A stretch of DNA of 64,000 nt, from assembly GCA_004764695.1 (NCBI GenBank), contig SMSO01000032.1:5612483-5676482 (forward strand). The letters run 5' to 3'. Each line of letters starts with the position of its first letter. Positions within the stretch are counted from its first letter, which is position 1. This document shows positions 36,634-46,014 of this stretch, in pieces. Source of the DNA: Schizochytrium sp. TIO01 (Eukaryota > Protista > Bigyra: Labyrinthulomycetes). A program made the translations under genes and the position numbers. Below the pieces are notes generated by a model. The model was given only the letters and a program-made list of their open reading frames with translations, ran no database searches and was not told where the DNA came from.

Positions 36634-37677
36634 ATGGCTCCCATGATGAAGTCTGTAGTAGTTGCTCTGGCTGCCCTTGTGGCCCTCATGGGCTCCACTG
36701 AGGCCGTGACCATGCGTGGTCTCAGCGCCATGGAGGACCGTGAACTCGCGACCTCGTCTACTACATGCATTACTTCATGCCAAGAACATGCCGTGCTTCT
36801 TGACTCGGCCAAGGACAAGACTTGCCTAACTCAGTATTCTGACTGCAAGTGCCAGCTCCCCACCCTTGGCAACGGGTACTGCAAGGGCGCTGTCAAGACT
36901 GTGCAAACCGGCACCTACACTGCCACTTGCGAGCAGACTTTGACTCCATGCTCGGCATCCCCGACCTCTTCTGTGACTCAACCGGTTACCTCCTCCATGG
37001 AGTGCATCTCAAGCTGCCCGGCTAACAGTGTTGTGAAGGACGCTGCTAAGAACAAGAGCTGCCTCAACCAGATCACTGACTGCAGCTGCACTCTGCCCAA
37101 GCTCGGCAACGGCTACTGCTCTGGTGCCGTGAAGGGCGTCATTACTGGATCTAACACTATGCGCTGCGATCAGACTTTGACTCCATGCACAGCAACCCCG
37201 ACCTCTTCTGTGACTCAACCGGTCACCTCCTCCATGGAGTGCATCTCAAGCTGCCCGGCTAACAGTGTTGTGAAGGACGCTGCTAAGAACAAGAGCTGCC
37301 TCAACCAGATCACTGACTGCACCTGCACTCTGCCCAAGCTCGGCAATGGCTACTGCTCTGGTGCCGTGAAGGGCGTCATTACTGGATCTAACACTATGCG
37401 CTGCGATCAGACTTTGACTCCGTGCGCTAGCACCCCCTCGTCTCCTCCGACTGTGAGCCCCACACCCTTCCCGACCAAGTGCATCCGCAAGTGCCCCCGC
37501 AAGTCCATTCGCACTGAAGCCAGCGCTGGCAAGACTTGCATCAACCAGATGACCGACTGTGTCTGCCAGCTCCCGGCCAACAGCAATCCTCTCTGCACTG
37601 CTCACGTCCAGACAATTCAGACTGGAACCAACACGATGAAGTGCCAGCAGAGCAAGACCTGCACCAAGTCTGGCTAA
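36634..37677 (+). CDS. Secreted cysteine-rich repeat protein (four 8-Cys modules)
   Basis: Signal peptide (MKSVVVALAALVALMGSTEA), four modules C-x3-C-x14-C-x6-C-x-C-x9-C-x15-C-x5/6-C, S/T/P linkers and strong codon bias. Confidence 0.9.
   Translation: MAPMMKSVVVALAALVALMGSTEAVTMRGLSAMEDRELATSSTTCITSCQEHAVLLDSAKDKTCLTQYSDCKCQLPTLGNGYCKGAVKTVQTGTYTATCEQTLTPCSASPTSSVTQPVTSSMECISSCPANSVVKDAAKNKSCLNQITDCSCTLPKLGNGYCSGAVKGVITGSNTMRCDQTLTPCTATPTSSVTQPVTSSMECISSCPANSVVKDAAKNKSCLNQITDCTCTLPKLGNGYCSGAVKGVITGSNTMRCDQTLTPCASTPSSPPTVSPTPFPTKCIRKCPRKSIRTEASAGKTCINQMTDCVCQLPANSNPLCTAHVQTIQTGTNTMKCQQSKTCTKSG
36961..37427 (+). repeat. Near-perfect 237-bp tandem duplication (modules 2 and 3)
   Basis: ccgacctcttctgtgactcaaccgg... 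occurs at 36961 and 37198, with only a handful of substitutions between the two units. Confidence 0.9.
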
Positions 37678-38107
37678 TTAAGTACATATGCCGCTCGTTA
37701 GTAGTACCCAGCAGCACTATCTTAGTTTCCGATTCACCAAAGTATTATAGTCCCTCATGGATTGACCATAAGTCATGAATTTCCTTTTTTCTATTTCTGA
37801 AGTATTTTCTAGTTCTTCACCTTTCTAACCTAGTTTTGATGAAGTAGAACAGTCCGCTGGGTTTACCTCATGGTTAGAAAACTCTTTCACCAGCGCGTGT
37901 AGCTAGCTGGATATAGATACATGATTTCGTGCATAAAATAGTACGTTACGTAGGTCATGTACATTTGTAATATGGATTGCTAACCTATCGCAAAAACATT
38001 GGCACAAGCCAATCTCCGAACAAACTTGACTTATTTCTTTATAGATCTCTTTGTACTTCGAAGTGGTGATAGTGGTGATAGGTGGTTGAGAGCGGCACAG
38101 CAAATAG

Positions 38108-39946
38108 TTACATCGTTAGCTTGCGAGGTACAACCTTCATGGGCAAACCAACCGGTCGTTTCTTGGCGATGCTAAATCCAGGAAATCCGTAAACGTATTC
38201 GGGTGCGGTGAGGTCTTGCGGCCCCATAGTACCATAATTGAGCCCAGTATAAGTTGTCGGATCAAACTTTGTCTTGAATTCAGGAGTCATTTCGAAGCTG
38301 AAACGCTGCAAAAGATTGGCCAGAATAAGGCGAGCCTCCATTTGAGCAAAATTTTTCCCGATGCAGTCACGTGGAGGGTGCATAAAAGGGGAAAATCGCC
38401 CCGAGGCTGGGTTATACGCACGCAAAGCATGTCCATGCCAAAGCTCTTCTTCAGTGAAGGCTCTATCGGGATTGAACTCATTAACATCCACGCCCCAGAG
38501 ATCTGGGTTGCGATGACGTGACCAGTTGATGATACGCACCAAGGTTCCTTTCTTCAAATTTACCTCCTTTCCATCAGGCCCTTTGATTTTTTCGTCGCGT
38601 ACTAACTCCCGGAAAGTCCCATTGGCAACAGCAGGGTATAGTCGAAGTGTCTCTGTAATACAGCGCGTCATAAAAGGGAGCTTTTGCAAGTCATCATAAA
38701 CGGGAGCGCGACCTTTGAGATGGTTGAACCAAGCGTCAACCTCTCTTTGAAGGCGCTTCTGGATGTCTGGATGATGCGCAAGCTCCAAAAGTAGCCAGGA
38801 AAGGGTATGGCCAGTAGTGTCGTGTCCAGCAAACTCAAGAATAAGAGCATTTCCCTCCATAACTTTGGGTGTAATTCTCGGATCTTCGGACTGTTTGTTT
38901 TTGAGGTCTCGAAGCATAGCACTGAGAGGACCGTGCGCCACAGGGCATTTCCCAGCCTTTACATCATCAGACAATGCGGGGCAGCTCACTTCTGGTCGAT
39001 CCACCCGCTCCACAACCTTTCGGCAAAATTTTCTTACAGAGTTTGGAGGAACCTGACCGGACATGGCCTTGCGGAACTGCTCGTTTGTAGATTCCATGAA
39101 TTCCTCAGATTCGCCGAAAAGCGCTAGTTGCAGCTGCGCCTGGGTCTCATTGAGGCAAAAGTCATTCATGTCTACCGTCTGGGTGCCCCCTTGAGCTAAC
39201 TCTGCAAGGCGGTCAGCACAGAATTTGGCACGGTCTGAGCTAATATTGAAAATCTGTTCCAATGAAGCTCTCGGTAGGAATGCCGGCGTGAGCTCATCAC
39301 GTTGCGTGCGCCATAAGTCGTTGTCACGTGTGCTGATGATGGATCCAAAAAAGAAAACGTTAAAGTTCGGCTGCTTCTTCAGATGCACGCGCGCAATACG
39401 GCGAGCATCTTCAGGGTCTCCAATGATGACTTCGTACGTGATAACTGGGTCTTTACGAGGACCCTCATCTCCGGAGCGCCCATGAAGCAAGTAGGGAACT
39501 ACAAGGTTCGAGGCAAGGCCCGCATCTCCATACTCACGCTGCCATTTAGCAAAAAGCACATGAGAGCTGCCGTCAATCAGGGCTTTGTGTAATTCGCAAA
39601 AGGTATCTCTCCATCCCTCTGGATACTTTTCAGTGTCTTTCACAGGGCTTGCGAGTTGCAAGCATGAGTCGCTGGTGCCTGGAAGGCGCTTCGAAAGTTT
39701 TGCGAAGAGTCGCTCAGGTGAGCTTCCCTGAAAATCCTGGGGCTGACCTGAGTCCTTGGAGCTCGATGCTAGGTTCGCCACTAAGTTTGACTCAATTGCT
39801 AACGGGTTTGGGGTGCCAGAAACTTCAAGGGCAATACCGGAGGAAGCAGCGTTAACAGAGAAGATGGAGGGGGCACAAAGGTGAGCTTGAAGTCGTGCGA
39901 GGCGGCGCGCAGCAGTGGTATCGCGTGGGTCTCTGGAAAAGGTCAT
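38108..39946 (-). CDS. Cytochrome P450 with an N-terminal PTS2-like signal
   Basis: I-helix AGHDTT, K-helix ETLR, FNPDR (PERF-like) and heme loop FMHPPRDCIG. The first ATG is at 39946; the ORF track's upstream part starts at GTG. No N-terminal TM anchor. Confidence 0.93.
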   Translation of the reverse strand: MTFSRDPRDTTAARRLARLQAHLCAPSIFSVNAASSGIALEVSGTPNPLAIESNLVANLASSSKDSGQPQDFQGSSPERLFAKLSKRLPGTSDSCLQLASPVKDTEKYPEGWRDTFCELHKALIDGSSHVLFAKWQREYGDAGLASNLVVPYLLHGRSGDEGPRKDPVITYEVIIGDPEDARRIARVHLKKQPNFNVFFFGSIISTRDNDLWRTQRDELTPAFLPRASLEQIFNISSDRAKFCADRLAELAQGGTQTVDMNDFCLNETQAQLQLALFGESEEFMESTNEQFRKAMSGQVPPNSVRKFCRKVVERVDRPEVSCPALSDDVKAGKCPVAHGPLSAMLRDLKNKQSEDPRITPKVMEGNALILEFAGHDTTGHTLSWLLLELAHHPDIQKRLQREVDAWFNHLKGRAPVYDDLQKLPFMTRCITETLRLYPAVANGTFRELVRDEKIKGPDGKEVNLKKGTLVRIINWSRHRNPDLWGVDVNEFNPDRAFTEEELWHGHALRAYNPASGRFSPFMHPPRDCIGKNFAQMEARLILANLLQRFSFEMTPEFKTKFDPTTYTGLNYGTMGPQDLTAPEYVYGFPGFSIAKKRPVGLPMKVVPRKLTM

Positions 39947-40549
39947 CTTACTTTCTATCAGGTAAGCTGATAGGCTGTGTGGCGTCTTACGGAAGCAAAA
40001 AAAAGTACTTCTAATTGTAATGTGCGCAGGCTGCACTGCTTTCACTTCGATGGCGCTGAAGGGACAGCCCTTCCGTCCAAGGACTTCCTGCACGCGTAGC
40101 GATCACCTGCAGTTCCGGGTTTGCGATTTGTGCAAAAAGGACGCAGAGGCCAGAGATCCCTTCCTGTTCAGAAAACTTGTGCAGGTGCTCCCAAGACAAA
40201 AAGACACGCGTTACAGTCCTTGCATAGTGAAAACCTTACATGAGGGGCGTAGAGAATGAAACAGAGGGCTTGGTAGATAGTACCTTAGTACTAGGCTCAG
40301 ATAGACAAATGATAGGTAGTACTAGGTGCCCTCTACGCCAAAACTTAAAATAGATGCTGAAGAATTTGAAGAACAGTAATACCTAATTTTACCCAAGCTA
40401 AAAAAAATGATTAACTCGTTTCTTTGACTAGTGAGAGAGGTACCATTTTGAGAAGTTCACTTTCAGTACTCTTTTAAGCAGGAGTGTTGCGACCTGCGTA
40501 ACATAGTCCCACTGACGCTCCCCTCCAGGAAATATACCTGTCCAGCTCC

Positions 40550-41400
40550 GTATCTGTTTGTTTAGAAACCTCAAGATACGGAAATTGGAGATGTTAAGGT
40601 GAGTCGAAGCACCAATGTCAATCGTTGATTCTGTAGTCAAAGCCGTCCTCATATAACAGGTCGAGTTAGACAAGCTGATGCTGGTCAATAAAATTGTGAA
40701 GTATGCAGGCGCCGAGGCCATTACCAAACGGGGTGCTAATTTTGCTTGTTCAAGGAATGAATGAGATCTTTATATCCAGGACTCGATGATTACAAGCAGG
40801 GGTCTACTAGCGGAGCTAAAGTCGTTGAAGACCAATGGTGCTTTGCGGTGTCTCGGTTGTACGATCAAATCTAAGGGCGACATGACCTGGACCTTCCCTA
40901 GGCCCTCCTAACCTTCGAGTCGCTTTCTGCGATAATAAATTAGAAGGGAAAAACTCCAAAACTTGCAACATATATTAGAGGCGCTTGATAAATATCATTT
41001 ACAAACACCCAAGGTATCACATTTTTCATGTTTAACAACAATTTTGTACACGGCCAGAAAGCTATGGATTGCCCCTGATGAATATTCGATTTTCCTAGGA
41101 AGATCAGATAAATGCAACTTTGAGAAGCTAATAAAGCAAAAATCTGGAAACAGTTACTGCCCGGGCCTCGTACGCTCATTGATAACAAAAATAAATAGTC
41201 TGACTTTGAAGTTGACATAGGGGATACATGCATTGTCCTGCGAGCGTATCCCAAGAAGCCAAGTTTTATGACCGAAGAATGCAAAACATACGTAAGTAAT
41301 TTGTGTGAAGAGCCCACTAACTTGGAAGAACATTATATTTTAACAGACAAAATGTTGAATGCCCCTGGTCAAGTACGTTTTCCGCACGAAAGAGTAGGAC
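40550..41400 (+). pseudogene. Possible decayed coding relic
   Basis: Successive protein-like fragments broken by stops and shifts (MSIVDSVVKAVLI*QVELDKLMLVNKIVKY; HILEALDKYHLQTP..; DTCIVLRAYPKKPSF..). No family recognised. Confidence 0.25.
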
Positions 41401-42422
41401 GGAGCGTTTCTTTCAAAAGTAAAAAAAAAACGAGGTAAACTACAAAAAGGAAATAACCCAATAACCCAATTAAATGTTGAACTTAAAAATGGAGGTTTGT
41501 TTTAAAAGAAGCCTATACGTACTCTAGAAACGTAGAAATCTCGTTGCTCGTTCTCTTTGCGTACTTGTTGAGGAGTTATTAAGTACAGGTGTTTGTGGGG
41601 AAGGCTGAGCAAGTAAGGATGATCCAAGTCAGTGCATGGCGGCGCCAAGTCACCTCGTTCGAGTAGCCACGCGCTCGATTCCCCAGTGCTGTTTGAGAAA
41701 AGAGGCATAAACTTTGCGATGCTCTCGATTAGGTTCACGTCTAATTGCTGAAGTAGTGCTTCAATTTATTTTCTTTATCAATCAAGAGCGCTAGCTGTTG
41801 TATAATTATATTCTTTTACTCAAATGTATAACTTGAACCCCCTAAATCTTTTTAGAAGTCCTCTTATTTGAGGGTCAAACAACATTACGTAGTACCTGTT
41901 TAATGAGAAGGAATCATTTTAATTTAAAAAAGCAAAAAAGCCATGAGTATCCAGGACACGCATAACTCAGCCAAAATAGTGCGTTTTGCGAGTATGTTGT
42001 CTCCCTAAAAGCATGAAATATACTGGTTGGGCAACATATTTATTACCTGCCCAATTTCACTCTCGCTAGTCAGAGGTGCCAAAATAATTACTCAGTACCT
42101 CTAACTACCTAGTTATAATAGTACCATGCAAGATACTAGCAATGTCAGTCTGAGTTATGAATAAAATCTTTTAACTTGGGTAAAAAAACTCAGGCCAAAA
42201 CATTCATATATATATATATACCAGAAATCGATTAGACAAGGAAAATGAAAAAGGAATTGATCATGTCGAAGCCAAGCAACAACAGTCAGAAGATAGTCCA
42301 GGCTTAGTAAATCTAGATCCGAGCCTCCAACAGGAGTGCTCTGCTCTTTTGAGCCACTCTGTGCAGGAGGTGTCCACAGCTCTACAGCAAGGGTTTCGTC
42401 CAACGAAATCAAAAAAGAGAGA

Positions 42423-45400
42423 ATGGCAGATGTGGACGCTTTGAAGACTCCAAAGGATAGCGAGGCTGTGAAGAGCCCCTTAGAAGCGAGCAAATGGAAG
42501 GTTCTCATGCCACTCTGCGGAGCGGGATTAGGAGGGATTGTGTGCGGTATCTTTGACTTTATATGGACCAGCCCTGCCTTTTCGCAGCAAGGCGAACCCG
42601 CAGAAGCTCGCACAGACCCGTTAAACTCAGGAGAGGTTAAAATATTGCGAATTCTGGCTCTTGTCTTTTGTGCATCACAAGTCTTTACGTCTGGAGCTGC
42701 GATTCTTGCAATAGAACAAGATCATTCTATAAGCAAAGCTCTGGTGAGGATCCATATGCTCGTAAGTCTCGTATTAGCAGTTGTTGTCCACACATCCAAT
42801 CGCTTGGCGAGCTGGCAGTTGAACCGTACAATGTATTGGCAAGGCCCATATTGGACATATACCCAGCACATATTCATGTCAACCCTTGCTATGTCACTTT
42901 TGGCAACTCATCGTGCCAATCTTAGCCACAAACCAAAGCGCAGAATGCCACAGAGGAACAATATGCAGCGTCAAACGGCTGGCGTTGGTGGATGCATACT
43001 ATGTCTTGCAGGCCTTGGCTTATTGGTCCTGGGTACCATCTTTTATCTAATTGAACCCTCAAAAGAAACTTATGGAAGCTTAAATGGCCACCTCAGCTAT
43101 TTAGAGTGGCAGTGTGGAGGAGGTGCATTTAATCTAAACTCTCCGTTGCAGGTGGTCTGGGGACCAGAGGTGGGTTTGCGCATAGGATACCCCATGGGAA
43201 AGACGATTCTGAGGACTGTGGGACCTCGCGCAGGTTTTCTCATTGCAAGCTTAAACCAAGGATCTGACTCTGCCGTGCGTTTGGAAAACTTTGGAGATGC
43301 AGGCACGTTTCAGCTTCGAGATAATCCAGGACGTTTTTCTACAGAACAAATCATCGAGCAAGTTGAATTTTACCCCGATGAACCTGCAATGGTGTTTCGT
43401 GGGTCTCTTTTCTTTGGTCCTTTACCAACTAGCCATCCCAAAACATCTCCATCACATTCATTTCGACAACAGCCAATGTCGCAGAGCTCAAGAGAGCCTC
43501 AAGAACTTGTCAAAACCTCATTTCGTTTTGTTGTGAATGCGTCAAGACACGAAGATTCCCTTTCACTGAAAGCAGACGAAGAACCTGGAATTCACATTCG
43601 CTTCTCTGCATATGGAGATGAGGCCTTAATTGATCGTTTGTACTTTGTTGTAGGATCAGATGAACAAGAAAATCTATATGGTCTTGGTGAAAGTTTTACA
43701 TATATGAATTTAAAAGGTGGGCAGGTTCCAATCCTTGCTCGTGAGCAGGGTATTGGGCGAGGGCTGGAGCCCTTAAGTTTTGTGCTGAACGCGGCGAGCC
43801 TATTGTCTACCAGCGTGACGCTATCTAGATCTTTATACATGCCATGGAGTTGGTTACTTAGCCGAGGAGAAATTGTTCAATTGGACACTAACAAGAATAT
43901 ACCAAGCGGTAGCGGGCTGGCCACTGGCTCTACCTACACCGCAATCCCGCATGTGACTACCTCGTTTCTGCGCAGTTTGTATTTATCCTCCTATGGGTAT
44001 AGTGTGTTTGATTTCTCTGAGAATGATCGAATCAGTATTGAGATTGCAGGTTATCAGTTCGAGGGAGGTGTTATTGAAGGCAAATCCCCTTTTCATCTCA
44101 TTGATACCTACACTGCGCAGGTGGCAGGTCATATGCGAATGCTTCCGGAGTGGACACAAAATGGAGCTATTGTGGGTATGCAAGGCGGGCGAGCAGCTGT
44201 TATGGAAAAATTAGATATTTTGCTCAATGCAGGAACCCCAGTTGCTGCGATTTGGCTGCAGGACTGGTCTGGGCAGCACCTTACTTCAGCAGGCTCGCGA
44301 GTCTATTGGAACTGGGAAGTTGACCACACACTATACCCAGACTGGTACAAGTGGTCAAAGGAACTCTTTCAGCTTTATGGAATTCGCATCGTGAGCTATG
44401 TAAATGCCCATTTGAGCGAGGATGGTCCCATGTTTAAGCGTGCAAAGGCATGCGAATGTCTTATCATGAGAAAGAATAAACCCCTTATACAATGGAGTGC
44501 GAGTCCATCTTTCCGTTTTGGCACAGTCAACATTTTTTCAGAAACTTGTGCACAATGGTTCATTGATATTTTGCGGGAGAATTTACTGGGTTCAGATCTG
44601 TCGCATCCTGCTGTGGGTGGGTGGATGGCTGATTTTGGGGAGAACCTTCCGTTTGATGTAGCTAGCCCTGATGCCCACAATCGGTTTCCAGAACGCTGGG
44701 CAGAACTCAATCAACGCGTTATTGCCTCAGCTGGTATACATGGGTGGAATTCCACAAACCTGTTCATGTTCACACGATCTGCATCCCTGTGTACGCCGAG
44801 GTTTACCTCTTTGCAGTGGATGGGTGACCAACTTCCAACCTGGGACAATCGCGATGGTTTACAAAGTGTTGTTGTAGCTCAGCTTGCTGGTGGACTTTCT
44901 GGGTTGGCGCATACGCATTCTGATATCGGAGGCTTTACAATGATTGAAGTGGGCTTGTTCAAATATTTGCGTACACCGGAATTAATGCAGCGCTGGATAG
45001 AACACAGTTCTTTTGCGGATAGTGTATTTAGGTCACATGAAGGTCTACTGCCTGAATCAACACTGCAAGTGTGGAATGCAAGCGTGATCCAGCACTTCGT
45101 TCGCTTTGCTCATTTGCATCGAGCTTTAGGGCCGATGCGCACAAGCTTTCACTCTCAGTGGCCTGGTCGTCCATGGATGCAAAGCATGTGGCTTCATTAC
45201 CCTGATGACCCGATGGTTGCAAATTTGAAAACGCAGTACTTCTTAGGTGGTCCCAAACTGCTTGTCTGTCCTGTCCTTGGCCCGAGCTTCACCTCTGTAC
45301 CATGCTACCTTCCTGGAAACTCGACCTACTCCCATGTTTTCTTCCCAAACGTGGTATATCATGGTGAACCAGGCATGGCAGGTCGCCATGTAGATTGTCC

Positions 45401-45491
45401 TGCTACCCTTGGGTCACCATGTGTTCTTACTGTTGGCCGCACACTAACAATGTTCTTACGCGATCTTGTGAATGCTTTGCCAACTTCTTAA
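42423..45491 (+). CDS. GH31 glycoside hydrolase, sulfoquinovosidase (YihQ)-like, with N-terminal multi-TM region
   Basis: Motifs YGLGE, EQGIGRG, WLQDWSG..SRVYWNW, nucleophile WMADFGE, acid/base WMGDQ..W..DG, HSDIGG and FRSHEG. Several hydrophobic helices in the first ~210 aa. First ATG at 42423. Confidence 0.88.
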   Translation: MADVDALKTPKDSEAVKSPLEASKWKVLMPLCGAGLGGIVCGIFDFIWTSPAFSQQGEPAEARTDPLNSGEVKILRILALVFCASQVFTSGAAILAIEQDHSISKALVRIHMLVSLVLAVVVHTSNRLASWQLNRTMYWQGPYWTYTQHIFMSTLAMSLLATHRANLSHKPKRRMPQRNNMQRQTAGVGGCILCLAGLGLLVLGTIFYLIEPSKETYGSLNGHLSYLEWQCGGGAFNLNSPLQVVWGPEVGLRIGYPMGKTILRTVGPRAGFLIASLNQGSDSAVRLENFGDAGTFQLRDNPGRFSTEQIIEQVEFYPDEPAMVFRGSLFFGPLPTSHPKTSPSHSFRQQPMSQSSREPQELVKTSFRFVVNASRHEDSLSLKADEEPGIHIRFSAYGDEALIDRLYFVVGSDEQENLYGLGESFTYMNLKGGQVPILAREQGIGRGLEPLSFVLNAASLLSTSVTLSRSLYMPWSWLLSRGEIVQLDTNKNIPSGSGLATGSTYTAIPHVTTSFLRSLYLSSYGYSVFDFSENDRISIEIAGYQFEGGVIEGKSPFHLIDTYTAQVAGHMRMLPEWTQNGAIVGMQGGRAAVMEKLDILLNAGTPVAAIWLQDWSGQHLTSAGSRVYWNWEVDHTLYPDWYKWSKELFQLYGIRIVSYVNAHLSEDGPMFKRAKACECLIMRKNKPLIQWSASPSFRFGTVNIFSETCAQWFIDILRENLLGSDLSHPAVGGWMADFGENLPFDVASPDAHNRFPERWAELNQRVIASAGIHGWNSTNLFMFTRSASLCTPRFTSLQWMGDQLPTWDNRDGLQSVVVAQLAGGLSGLAHTHSDIGGFTMIEVGLFKYLRTPELMQRWIEHSSFADSVFRSHEGLLPESTLQVWNASVIQHFVRFAHLHRALGPMRTSFHSQWPGRPWMQSMWLHYPDDPMVANLKTQYFLGGPKLLVCPVLGPSFTSVPCYLPGNSTYSHVFFPNVVYHGEPGMAGRHVDCPATLGSPCVLTVGRTLTMFLRDLVNALPTS

Positions 45492-46014
45492 GATGATCTT
45501 GACATATGTTGATTGCATACATGCGCTGTGGAAAACTTACATTCAATGATCTTTCCTTTCTACCGAAATATGTAAGAAGAGGAGTTCAGAAATCAGGAAT
45601 TTGATCGATCATACGACATTGATCCATGAACGATACTTTCCTTCTCTGGATTTACTCATTCGAAACAACTGCATGTTCGGTCATTTTGTGCGTTGCGAGA
45701 CTCTCCGGCATGTCCAACATTGCAAGCAGAATAAATGGTTTAGCTGATGGAAAATATGTTGATATTAGTGAGAAGATTTAAAGTCCAGAGACCAAGGAGG
45801 AGGATCATAAGGAAACACTACACACCATTTTGTACTATGTATAAGAGGCTCAAGCAGTGCTGAATGATAATTACTAAGATATTCAGGATTTACTTGAACG
45901 GGTGTTGTGCAGATTTTGTTTCTTTGATGTGAGTGAAGATTATGTTTGTGACTTTGAAGAGTAATATTTTCGTCTGTAGTCCCGCTACAAGAGAATAAGA
46001 GTGAGGAATGATAT

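Noticed and set aside
36961-37427. Tandem repeat considered as CRISPR-like or a mobile element
   Set aside because: It is an in-frame coding duplication with no spacers and no cas genes.
39947-40093. 49-aa N-terminal extension of the P450 in the ORF track
   Set aside because: It begins at GTG in a eukaryote and is not a TM or signal sequence; the first ATG is at 39946.
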